A DNA stretch of 64,000 nucleotides from Harriotta raleighana. Its lineage: Eukaryota. Below, piece after piece: positions 1-12,085 of the stretch. The notes beneath the pieces were generated by a model. The model was given only the letters and a program-made list of their open reading frames with translations, did no database searches and was not told the DNA's origin. The translations under genes were made by a program, and so were the position numbers. The first letter of the stretch is position 1. Each line of letters begins with the position of its first letter. The stretch covers positions 1,210,706 through 1,274,705 of the forward strand of contig JBNZDD010013656.1 in NCBI GenBank assembly GCA_050575255.1. The letters are read 5' to 3'.

Positions 1-989
1 CCTGAGCTAAATATAATTCTTGCATTATTTGCTTGACAAAGTTTGAATAAAAAGGCTGGAAGAGCATACAAGCCTGTTGGTGAAACATGATTACTATAAT
101 CTCCCTTTCTGTTTGTTCCATCAAACAGAAGTAGAAAGGAATGAATGCAAATGATAAGCTAAACAACAGTGGTACATTTAGGTCGCTGTAGATTGAAGTG
201 ATGCAGTACAACATCATTTCAAATTGCCATAGAAAGAAAGTGAAATGGCATTACCCTGCTTCTATAGCTCTGACTACTGTTTGAATGGAGTGCCAAATGT
301 TGAAGGAAGTGTTATTTCTGGGTAAACTTGTGTTGTTCAGTACAGTAACACCTGGTTTTGGCATTGCCCGGTTCCTTACGTGTGCCATCATCTTCTCTGT
401 GACTGGCCTGAGAATAACTGACTGAGAATATGTTATGAGGCCAATAGAATATTGGATAATAATTTCTACTATCATTTCATTTACGTTCGCATCCACCCAG
501 AATCAAATGAATGCAATGCCCGGTTTGCTAGTTAGAAGAATCAGTCAGATTCAGTTTTTGACTCTATTTCCTTTTGGAGATCATCAGGCATTTAAATTAA
601 AACCACTTTGTTTTCATTAGGGATCAAATACATCTGTTGTTGTTAATAATTGGCATTCTGCAATAGCTTATGTTAGGGTGGAAAAAGAGACCTCAGATAC
701 ACTGAGGCATTTGGCTGCAACTCATGTTTTCCTCAACTCTCATTACCCTATTAATAGCTAGACTGGAATTTTCATTGTTACCAAGTACAATAATCATATT
801 AATATATCATCTTTTGCTTTACAAATAAATAGAGTTTTATTTTAAAAGTCATCACATCTCCTTAACCTCTGGAAGCCCTCCGGAATGATTTCTGTGCCAA
901 AGATATTTTGAATTAGGAAGGGTTCGAAAATTTGTCTGCATGCAAAATTCTAGATCATGGGAGTGATAGCCTCAAAATATGGACTACAA

Positions 990-1200
990 AAGAGAACATG
1001 AAGTGTCGGAAATATGTCTCTAGTAAAAGCGTGATTGGCATGAGGATCAGACTACAAACACAGGTAGTGCAACAAGAGACTACAGAAGGTTTAAAAAATG
1101 AACCAGACAAGTACCTGTCAAGCAAAAGGATTCATGCTTATTCAATTCAGAGTTGGTTAGTCTTGTGGCAAATGGAATCAGTAGGTTATAAGGACTGAGG
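990..1200 (+). mobile_element. Old CR1-type LINE 3' fragment
   Basis: Degenerate CR1 ORF2 end and 3'UTR pattern ('aggtttaaaaaatgaaccagacaagtacctg...aggattcatgcttat'). Confidence 0.5.
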
Positions 1201-2842
1201 CTTCACAATGTTTACAACATCACTATTACAATTAACTAAGAAAACATGGAACAAGATTTGAGTTAAATCTGAGAATGAATTTTAAGACATCATGCTTTAT
1301 ATTTGTTTTTTTTTCTAATTCTGCATCGTATCATTCCATGAACATTGACAGAAATTCATTCCTGCAACTGTGATTGAAAAGAAAACATGACATGGGTTTG
1401 AAGGTTGCAATGGTCTTCAGTGCCTGTGAAAGTAAAGGGTTGACAGTTGATTTGATATTGGTTTCATTATATGAATATCTCAAGTTTACAGCAAAGAGAT
1501 TTGACAATCAAAATTTATCAGACTTTACATATTGATACTGTACCTACAAAATGAAGCAAGTAAAATCACAATTGTCCTCAGAGTTAAAGTGTTATCGTGG
1601 GCACTATTGAATTTTATATTTATTAAAATTTCAATTTGTGGACGAATGCAGCATGAACCAGGAAAGGAATTGCTGAGTCAGCACATACAACTGAACAGCC
1701 ACTTATCAAATGAGTATCATTTTTAAAGTGTAATTTTAAATTTTAATGGGAACTTTTATTTAAAAAATCTATAACATCCACAATTGGAGAGGTGAAATGA
1801 ATGCAGAATGAATTAATCAATCAATATTCAACCCCACACATGAATAATTTTTTGCCTTCCGAGGCTTCTATTATACTCAACAAGTTCCCATCTTATTTTG
1901 TCCAGGTAACATTAAACTCTGAATATTGTGTTTGAAAGAGAATGCTTTACATTGAACTCTAACTCTTATTTAACTTTATTTTTTCATTAAAAAAATGTAA
2001 GTGATGCTTTTACATTTAAAATAAAAATTCTCAATTTATGGAAAACAAAAGAGAATATGAAGTGCTGGAGTTTTTTAAACCTAAAAGCGTGATAAATATC
2101 CAGAACAAATGATCATTATAAGTAGAGTAACTGCAAAAGGTTTCACAAATGAACTAGACAAGTTTTAAGATAAAACTGTCCAATAAGCGAGGAACAGAGA
2201 GTTCAGGCATTTGGTGGAGATAGCTTTAGGAGCAGTTTATTCACGGTACTGTATAAACATGCGAGTTTTCCCTTTCTCCCTTCCATGTTCCTTTTTTTCA
2301 AGGAACAAACGTTGCCTGCAGTTAAATCAAGGCTGTGAGTACAAGTGAGTGACCATTGCCTTTTAAATGGCCACCGTCAGTACCACTCTGTGTCAGCTAC
2401 TAGTGCACTGCAGAATATCTCCGCTCAGTGTTGTACTTGACAACTGAGTGGTGATCAGTGTTATTTTTCTTCCTGAATGACAGGTTGATGTTGGCAACAG
2501 GCTGCCTGCCTTCCTCATAATGGGAGTATAATACCATAATAACATTTCCCAAAGTAGAAGCAGAATTTCCCTTCATATGATTGCAATTTAATTTTAGGGC
2601 ATATCTAGGACAATTCACGTTTATTTAAGCATGGATTCACTGTTCTTTGATGCACAAACTCTGTACATTGTGTACAAATATACTGTGATGTTTTATGAAA
2701 GTTGCTCTAATGTTGCACTTGTACTGTCCATTGGAATTAATGTACAATGTGGTTTGTAGAGTATTTTAAGAAAAAGTCAAACTAGAGAATTCCCCTCCTC
2801 ATTGTTCTATTCAACAGTATTTATTTTAATAGGAAGTCTTCA

Positions 2843-3207
2843 AATAATATATTACTTTCATATAGCACATCTTTGAGATGTCTCAGTGTTTCACAGAATA
2901 TACTATAAAGTGAATTGTCTGCATATTTTTTGTGGGTGGAACGTGGCAGTCAATTGTACGCAGCAGTGTCCCACAAACAGATGTGGATTGACTGATCAAA
3001 TTATTATTATTTATTTATTTTGAAGGGATTATTACCCCTGGAAAAATGATCTGCAAATCGACTAACAACTGGATTCCTGTTTGCTACTAGGTAAACATAG
3101 GCATGTGGAATAAGGAACCTTCCCCAAGGTTTCGCCCTTCCAGGAATCAAACCCAGGTCCTCTCACTTGCGAAGACAAGTGCTCCAACCACCACGCTGCA
3201 AGACTCC
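2843..3207 (-). mobile_element. tRNA-derived Deu-domain SINE, near full length (older subfamily)
   Basis: Reverse-complement tRNA-like head, Deu core ('cagcagtgtcccacaaacag' on +) and ATT-repeat tail; homologous to other copies in the window. Confidence 0.85.
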
Positions 3208-3365
3208 TGTTGAAGAAAACCTGTTAAGGAAACTGTCACTATTTTTGCCTCTACCCCACTTAGCAGTATCAAAGACATCAAAACATATTGCTAGCATTTA
3301 ACACTGTTTTGTTTATTTTGGAAGCTTTGTGAATCAAAGCATAAATAATAATCCTTGTATTTCCA

Positions 3366-3500
3366 TAATAATAATAATCCTTGCATTTTGATACAGCGCT
3401 TTTCCACGTCTTCTAGACATCCCAAAGCGATTCACAGAATGTACAGTGAATTGACTGTATATTTATGAGCGAAACACAGCAGCCAATTGTGCACAGCAGT
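3366..3500 (-). mobile_element. Deu-SINE 3' fragment
   Basis: 'aataataatccttgcattttgatacagcgcttttccacgtcttctagacatc' is the reverse complement of the family tail. Confidence 0.8.
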
Positions 3501-4106
3501 GCAAATGCATGAGTGCTCGCTTGAAAATTCTGAAAACATTTGCATTTGTTTAACTGTTAAAAAGCCAATCTCAAGAGTGATATTTTAGAATTCCATAAAT
3601 ATGGAAAACTCCCAAATCAGATAGTCTTTTTAGTTGGCTGCTGCATTTCGCCCAAAAAATACGGTCAATCGACTTCACAGTACATCATGAGGTATTATAT
3701 CAAATGCAAAGAATATTATCAACTGAAAGGATTATTAGTATCACATGCAAGTATTAGTATTATTATTATTATTGTCTTTTCACTTATTATCAAAGCAACT
3801 TCAATTGCTGACTTCATAACCACAGCATTCTATTATGAGAAGACCTTGACACTATCAATCTCCCACGTTGTGGCTCTTCAAATGGAATATAGTAATGCAA
3901 ACAAGTCTGAAAGACTCAGCTCAGATAGTGTCTGACCACGCTAAGTATAATTCATATGTGGTTCAGTGTGATGTTAAAAAAGCAAACTGCGACAAACACT
4001 CATAAATAATCTTACAGGGACAGAAATGGTTCCTAAAGCTTTGATGGACAAATTAAAGCTGTGGGCCTGGCTTTAACCTGAACTGCTCAAATAAAATGAG
4101 GTATCT

Positions 4107-4120
4107 CTGCCACCTGGTGC
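4107..4120 (-). promoter_or_regulatory. Candidate CTCF core motif
   Basis: Reverse complement GCACCAGGTGGCAG is about one mismatch from the CTCF core CCASYAGRKGGCRS; lies in unique sequence. Motif match only. Confidence 0.3.
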
Positions 4121-5559
4121 ATCACATGGAAAATTACAGCAAAGCTTTGGATGTGTTGGATAACATGCGTCCTCCTGTGGTGCAATAAAATATGGCATGG
4201 GGGCTTTGCAGTTTATAAAAAACAAATGGGATTGGAATTTAATTAACTTTTTTGCTTTTGCGATTTAACAAACTTTGACTGAGCAGAAAGGCTGTATTTC
4301 TATTTGTGGAACCGTGAAACGACTTTGCCAATCTACAGTCTGCATTGAACCACTGCAGCTAATATTAATGCTTGTGTTACTGTACCTATAACATTAAAAC
4401 TTCTCGAAACACTTTACAGGTAGTTATTACCATGTATAGTGTCGAGAAATATATATTTTGGGCAAACATACCAGTCCATTTGCAAACAATTGGTTGACCA
4501 AGAAGCCATGAAATGAATAATTAATTTATATGGAGAATCGTTCATCAGGACACCAGGAAAAACACCCCTCTCTTTTTAAATAGTGTAACTGGATGTTCAA
4601 CATCCACCTATCCAGGCACATGGATCCTCAGGTTAAAGCCTTATCTTTAGGATAGCATCTCCAGCACTGGCGAGTCAGTTTAGACATATACTCAGGTCAT
4701 GATGTATAAGCTGATATCAAGATTCTTTCCTTCTAGCATTCACTGTGGAAAGGTCATTGGATGTTCGTCTTTACTAGTGATAAACATTGGGGTGGTTTTT
4801 CTGTCTTTGATTTTTAAGCTTGAAACCGAGAAATTCCGGTAGAGTTTGCACTTCAGGTGAAAAAAATTGCGATACCAATAACTTTTCACCTAACCAATTA
4901 ACAAATCGTGGTGTTTATTACCCCAGAGATTCTGTGGGGGAAATTTACTACTCGATGTGGCTAACCTGGAGACTATCTGGTTTCCGTTGTACATGAATGG
5001 AGTCTAAAGGGCAGTATTCACAACAGGATTTGCAGAGGATTAGTAAATATTGAATCCTTCTGGTACGTCTAATCCACAGGAGCTGGAATCCAACCCAATT
5101 TCCTTCTGGTTGTATCAGAGTGGAGCAGGATCAACATATTGCACATCCAGTTACTGGCAGAATTCAATGTTTGTGGCCTCTTTCATGAACTCTATTCTAT
5201 TGAGACTGCAGTGTTTCTAACTTCTCTGTCCAGGCTTACATTAAAATTATAGCCACTCGGGAGAGCCAGCGGAGAACACGCCGCATTTACTGAAACCTTT
5301 CTCTTGTATGAAGCATGGCTCAGCTGCAAAGGTGATGAGAGGGTTGAAATTAAAAGGGGAAAACATCAAAAATAAACAACAAGCGATTGATTAAATGTCG
5401 GCACATAACCTCAAAGACCACAGACCATCTCTTGAGGAATTATGCGAATCAATGCATTTCAGGCACATATGTATCTATTGATGAAATAAAACAAACTTTA
5501 ACCTCTGTTGTATTTACTATATTGTTTCATGCATGTCATGCATAATATGGTGCGTGACT

Positions 5560-5775
5560 TTTCCCTGTGGCAGGGGATCCAACACAAAGGGTTGTAGCTT
5601 AAAAGTAGAACTAAACATAGAACTTACATAACTGATTCAAAACTCTGCTGCTAGTAGGAGAGTTAGACAGATATCAGAAGAATAACGGGATTTGGCAAAA
5701 GGGCAAGTAATTAGGATTAAAAGATCAGACAAGATCTGGTGGGACTGCTGGAAAAGGTGCAATGGATTAAATGTC
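5560..5775 (+). mobile_element. Old CR1-type LINE 3' fragment
   Basis: 'ttttccctgtggcaggggatccaacacaaaggg...gctggaaaaggtgcaatggattaaatgtcttcttc' resembles the CR1 ORF2 end and 3'UTR also seen at 37620-38470. Confidence 0.55.
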
Positions 5776-8700
5776 TTCTTCCTCTTCCTGTTTTCCTTTG
5801 TTTCTAATATGATCCAGAAGTATTTCAGAGAGAATAATATCTTTAGCTCTGTTTCCAATGTAAAATTGTTTCACATTCATTTCTGCTTTTGTTAACTGAA
5901 GTAGCCTGAAAATAACTCTGTGTTGCAATTTTCAATGCAAGTGAAAATTGTTCTTCAAATACTGCGGGCCACAAATGTTAGAAATCATTTAGGAATAATA
6001 AACAAACAGAATTTGACATTGTGTAACAAGGTAGAAATGTCCTGAAACAGTAAAATATACAATGTAGATTTGCACAGGCAACTTAAGATCACATCTTGCC
6101 AATGAAACCATTCAAGAACATGTTTCATTTCCTACCCAGGTACAGTAATTTATATCCTTCAAGAAAATATTATACATCAGTCAGCAGAAGTCATGTTTAA
6201 CTTCCTGAGCAAGAGAGTCTGTAGAAATATGAGTGAAATAAAATCCGAATTTCAAATCCCTGGCATGCGGTAAGTGTGTTTGGTTAACAGTGTGAAAGCA
6301 GAGCAAAAGCAAACAAATGAAACTGCACTTTTAAAAAATAAAAACTGTGTTGTTCCGTTTAGCTATTTAAGGAGCACATTGGCATTAGGCAAACATTGAC
6401 TGCAATGCCAATCCGCTGATACACTATTTACAATGTGAAAATGTCAATGTTACAAACGTGTCTATGGGATTTGTCGCACATCAGTTTTCATGTATAGATT
6501 AAAGCATTCATGAAGAATTAAATGGACTAAAGGATTTGTTAAACGCAGTTTGTATTCTGCATTCCACTGGAGTGGGTGCAGTGGAAGGAACTCTGTATTT
6601 TATACACTGTCTATTTCAAGCACCACTTTTCCGGATATTGCATTTGTTGAAGTTTCAGCACAACAAACTTGCAAAGGTTCATTTGCTTTGAGTGAGACTC
6701 AGTCATTTCTATTAAAGACTTGATTCCACTGTGAAAAACTGACACAGTTTTGTTCAAAAGGGAGAATGTTCATCCAACTAACTTTTTTTGCTTGTAAAAT
6801 TTCAGTCCTGACCACATCCTATCTGTGAGGATAATGTTTTTGCAGAATCATAGAACCATAACTGTGAGAGTACTTTAGGATTTTAAAAATCTGAATGACT
6901 GTAGTATGATTATTCTACTACTGATTAGATACAGGGGATATCGTAGGCTTTAAGACCTGATTTAAAAACCACAAACAATTAATTTGTAGTTATACATTAG
7001 TTGTTTCTCAATGCTGTGTTTGAAGGTGCTGAATAAGTGCAAGTTGCTTGTGATGTTATTGCAGAGACTGGATATTTTTATGCAATAGATTCTAAACATC
7101 TGACTTGAAAATCTTCAGATACTGTATCTTGTGCACTTTCCAGATCTATTCCCATTTCATTGTGAAGATGAACGTCAAGAGTCTATAAGTTGCTGTAAAT
7201 TGTCCTTCCATGGAAAACTGACCTGAACTCATTTCAACCTATTACTGACCCCAATAGAAGCAATGATAGTGCATTAAAATCAAACATTGCTTTTTTTCAT
7301 TGCAAATAATGACATGTATTAAGAGAAAAATAGCACAAGGTTTATTTTTAAATGAGAAGAGTACTATTTCAAACTATTATCAAAGTTAGATCGGAAGCTG
7401 ACATTGATCCTATTTTATTTTGCTTCACCAAACATTTGTTGACTTTTATTAATTCAAATATGCATGTCCCCTATTGTAAAATCATTTTGTTGTTGAAATT
7501 GCACGCATGGTTTCCAAATATGCTGAGAAATATGAAATGTTGAGGCTATTTCATTAAAAGGTTTATTACAGACGGAAGATATAATTTACTGCATTTATTT
7601 CTCCCTTTATGGAATTTGTTATTTAATTTGGTCTGTTTGCAGTGTAATCCCTGCAAAGTCGCAATGCAATAAAAAGCAGCAAATTATTGTTCAGTGAAGT
7701 GACCTGGGCAAGGACTGGAAAACCGCCAGGTCCTGGTTCACTGGGGACAGGGAATCCTCCCACTCAGCCCGTTAACCTTACAAACCAAATCCTGACAGGT
7801 AGAGTGGCCCTAACTTGACAAGCACCAGGAAAGCTTCACAGACTGTGCTATTAAAGCACTTCTCACACTATCAATGGCAAACTATGCAGTTCTGGCTAGT
7901 TAGACTCCAGCAGTACTCCAATGACACTCTTGGGTCCCCAAATCTTGGCTCCTGCCCACTTTGCACCTAATACTTTCCAGAATTAAGCAAACTGGATGCG
8001 ACCTTCCATTGTATGCAATGTGTATTTCATTCCCACAATCCATCTCTGGAATTTCTTTGCGTAAGTGGGATGCCTGGAATTTCAGTTTGGCTTGGATTCG
8101 ATTAAGCATGGTGATTGGTTTCTGCATGAGTCAGATACCCGGGTGACCTGAAAAAACTGGAAGATTAAGCGGGCAAGAATGAAAGAAAAATATGCAATCT
8201 TTATACATATAAAATCCTTTCCACAATAATTCCAGACAAGGCTAATATGCCTCTAATTTTCACCCATAAAATATAGTCAATCCAGCTTTTCAGTATACTC
8301 TGTGAAGCGCTTTGAACGTCTCAAAGACGTGATAAGGCACTATATCAAACACAAGGATTATTACTATTGTTATGATTATTATTGATGTTAATTTGGGTGT
8401 TCGGGTGACATGTGTTTGAAGACCATGCTGTTCAATATTGACCAAACATTCCAATGCTCATCTCACCCAAGCTGAACGGGGGTGTTAAATCCAACTGACA
8501 TGAGACGCTATAGAAATGTAATTTTGTGGTTATGTTTTGTTGTTTCGGCAACAGGAGTTCTGATAAGAAAATGTTGCATTGTTGAAATACACGCTTGTTC
8601 AAAGGGTATCAAAACTTCTCTGAAAATCCAGCAGTTCAGGAAAATGAAAGTCACTGACAGCAAATTCAGTTATTAAACAAGGTTTGAGCTGCCCGGGGCA

Positions 8701-9204
8701 CAGAAAGTGAAGCATTTGACTAGTTGACAGCCAATCTGGTTTGTATTGGACAACTGGGCCTGTCAATCACAATAGTGCTGCGGGCAACATACAGCAATTT
8801 GAGCCTAAGCTCACACTGAATTGAGTGTGAATTCAGCACCTCACTGGGAGGACAACATCAGTAGGTATTGATTTCTCTGGAATTAGTGCCAAACACTGCT
8901 TCGGTCAAGCAGAAATAGCAACATCTGAGCATGTGTTGCATGAAACATGATGGTAGTTTGGGAGTAGGAGAGGGAGAGCCAGATTGGAGCTACATACAGT
9001 AGTAGATCCACATGAAATTGCTAGCATTTGGGGTTTTAATAGTGATACAGGTTCATCTAAAAGCCTATGTACTCTGATCCTTTCAAGCAGCTGAAGCATT
9101 CTAACCTAGTGCATCCTGATCTAATACACATTACCCTAATGTGCGCTGATCCAGGGCACTGTACATCTCGACCTAAGGCAGTTCATCCCTGCGCTTTCTT
9201 ACCT

Positions 9205-9243
9205 TGTGCACTCTGACCCTGTGCACTCTGACCCTGTGCACTC
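9205..9243. repeat. 15 bp tandem repeat (tgtgcactctgaccc) x~2.7
   Basis: Directly visible; explains the 'CTLTL' repeat in ORF 9204..9470. Confidence 0.9.
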
Positions 9244-9503
9244 TAATCATGTTTGCCCTGCCCCCTGAGAGACCCGAGAGTCACCACAAATTCCAACTGA
9301 ATTTCGATACGTGCCACGTAATTCTTACAGTGCTTCAGCAGCATTTTATTTTGTGGTCAGTCTGGTGGCTGACACACGCGGAAACCCATCACCAATGCTT
9401 AAGTGCAACAGCAAGGGCTTATGTGTCTTATTTGGACATGAATTGTTGCAGTACTTACCTCGCCCAGTAGATGGAGAGCTAGAATGGATTGAGAAACTCC
9501 ATT

Positions 9504-9640
9504 AATAATAATCCTGGCATTTGATAATAGTGCATTATCACGTTGTCGAATCGCTTAACACAATGTACTGTAAAGCGGTGTGATTGGGTGTAAATGGTGG
9601 GCAAATGCGGCAGCCAAATTTCTGCACAGCATTCCCTGGG
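9504..9640 (-). mobile_element. Deu-SINE 3' fragment
   Basis: Reverse-complement tail plus Deu core ('gcggcagccaaatttctgcacagc'). Confidence 0.75.
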
Positions 9641-11961
9641 GCAGGAAGGAAAAAAATGACATGGCTTGATTTTGGTGGATTCCTCACATTCTGGAAAAAT
9701 GGACACATCGGATTTTAGTGTCTTCTTGACATAAGAAGGGTGGATTACAATAGGAGAAATTAAAAGGTATGGGGAAAAGGCAGGGGAGTGGAAGTAAAGA
9801 GAGAACTCTTACAAAGAAATGACAGAGCTGGTGGTCTGACAATCTTTTTGATTCTACTTGCACGGGTCAAAACGATATTGCAATTGTCAAATTATGATTA
9901 AATTAATTATCCTGCGAAGCATTTTGAGATGTCCTCCTGATGTGAAAAGCACTATAGCAAATTGCAAGGATTATTATTATTGTTACCAAAAAGTTTAAAA
10001 TACATAAGATCCAAATTAACAGGCGAAAAACATTGTTCATTTTTTTTTTTTAATTCTACTGCGTATGTGTGGCTTCAAACAGTTAAGTGATTTCTATTTA
10101 TTTCTACAGAGGTATATTTGGGGGAAATATTTGAACACCTCAGTGGTTATAATGAAGTGTGCAGCTGTACTTCTGTAATGGAGATGAGGTACTGAAAGAC
10201 ATGTGGTGGCAGTTGCGGTAAAGTAAGTATATAAAGTTTTATTGTAGAGAATTTATTTCTACCAAACACTATGATTTAATAAGACACCTACTACTTGCAA
10301 AAGAAAAATACTCCAGCAAATCCCCAGTATTGAGGAGCAGGGAGCAAGAGCATTCAGCCAAAAATTCAGTATTCAGCTTGAAACTTTCTCTGAAGGATTC
10401 CAGCCTTGTGCTGCACAGGCTCTGTTTAGTTTATTAATTCCTTTTTCACACCTTTTTTTATTTAAGAAAATAAGAAATCATGGTGCTTGAAAAGGCCACA
10501 GAGCCTGTCAAACTACTGTACTCTTAAAACTCACCACATAAAATCTAGCTGATCGTACATTCCACCTCATTTACTCACGATTGTTTCACTCACTACAAAT
10601 ATTCTTGCTCTAGAAACTCACAATCCATTTTGGTGACTAAATGTATTCAAGAGCCAACATTGATACCTGAACAAGTTCAACCATTTGACTGAGCTGCGCA
10701 AACATTTCTGTGACCAGCAAAGACAATTAAGCAGAATCGCACAAGTATCTATCCATCCCAACCTTATTCAACTTTATTTACCATGACCCAAGATCCAGTC
10801 CAAGCTTAAAATAAGAGCCACAAATGTAGTTGAAATCATTTCTCCGTGCTGCAACAGTTTGGTTTAAAACTCTTTTCTGTGACCTATTGTGGTTAATGTA
10901 ATAACACTCTTTCAATCACCTGTGAGAGCAATTTTTTTCATCGCCAAAGAAAACCCTATGGATCCCGTCACAGGTCATCACACGTAAAACATTTTTACTG
11001 GGAACTGACTGTGTGACCAACATAAGCGTCAAAAATATTCTTGTCTGCCACCATTTCCTCCAGCCATAATTGATACCAGGTGTCACAGATGTTCCAGATG
11101 TTGCACAGAATCCACAGAAATGGAACTGGTGCCAGGAAAATATGAACGATTGATAAAAATCAAGCATTTCGGATTAAGATCAGGCAAACCATTTTATGAA
11201 GAATGTAGGCACATGACCAAATCTAGAAAGCAGTCCACTTATCTCCTGATAATTGTATGAGTTTATATTTAACAACAAGTACAAAATGTTTCCTCAATGC
11301 AAAGGCAGCTGTAATAAATGGGTTGAAAAAAAAGCAAAAGTGGAGCTGGTGGACACAAGATAAGAGTAGAGTAAAAGCCTCTTAACGGGAATGTCCTTGA
11401 AGCAGGTAAATATGATCCTTTTATGCAATTGATCCCACTGAATAAGTATAAGCTGAATATACAGAGACAGAACTGGTGGCTGAGCTATATACATGTCACT
11501 AAATTGGGGTTGACGAAACTCTCCTGAGGAAATCAGTAGCATTACTGGAATCCAGCTGTGGGAAACTCCAGCTATATAATAAAAAGGAGTAACTGCTAAA
11601 TCTATCACATTGACTCCTGTAGAAGGAACATAGGCGTTCAAAAAAGCTCCATCCCAAGACAGTAATAGTGTAACTGGTGCTTCTCTGCTGGAAAAAGTAC
11701 CTCGGGATGCAATCCCCACTGCAGGAACCTCCCAGTACTTGATGCTGTCTTGCAAAACCTCGGCTCCCTCCCACCTCACAATTCACACTGTGAGGCACTG
11801 TGAAAACACAGTTCACACTATGAGGCATTTTTACTAGCAACAAAGCACCAATTACATTACAATAATCCTGAGGAAAGCTTTATCAACCCATGTCCCTTCT
11901 GTAGGACTAATAGGTGTGATTTAGCAGTCACTATTTTTTACTATATGTTTTATTTTTTGAA

Positions 11962-12085
11962 CTAACAACCGAGTTCCTATTTACTGCTAGATAAACAATA
12001 ACGCACGGAGTAAGGAAACTTGCCTAAGGTTTAGCCGTACCTGGGAATAGAACCCAGGGGCTCTCGCTTACGATGCGAGTGCACT
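11962..12085 (-). mobile_element. Deu-SINE 5' (tRNA head) fragment
   Basis: 'ggagtaaggaaacttgcctaagg...gggaatagaacccagg' is the reverse complement of the family head with its B box. Confidence 0.75.
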
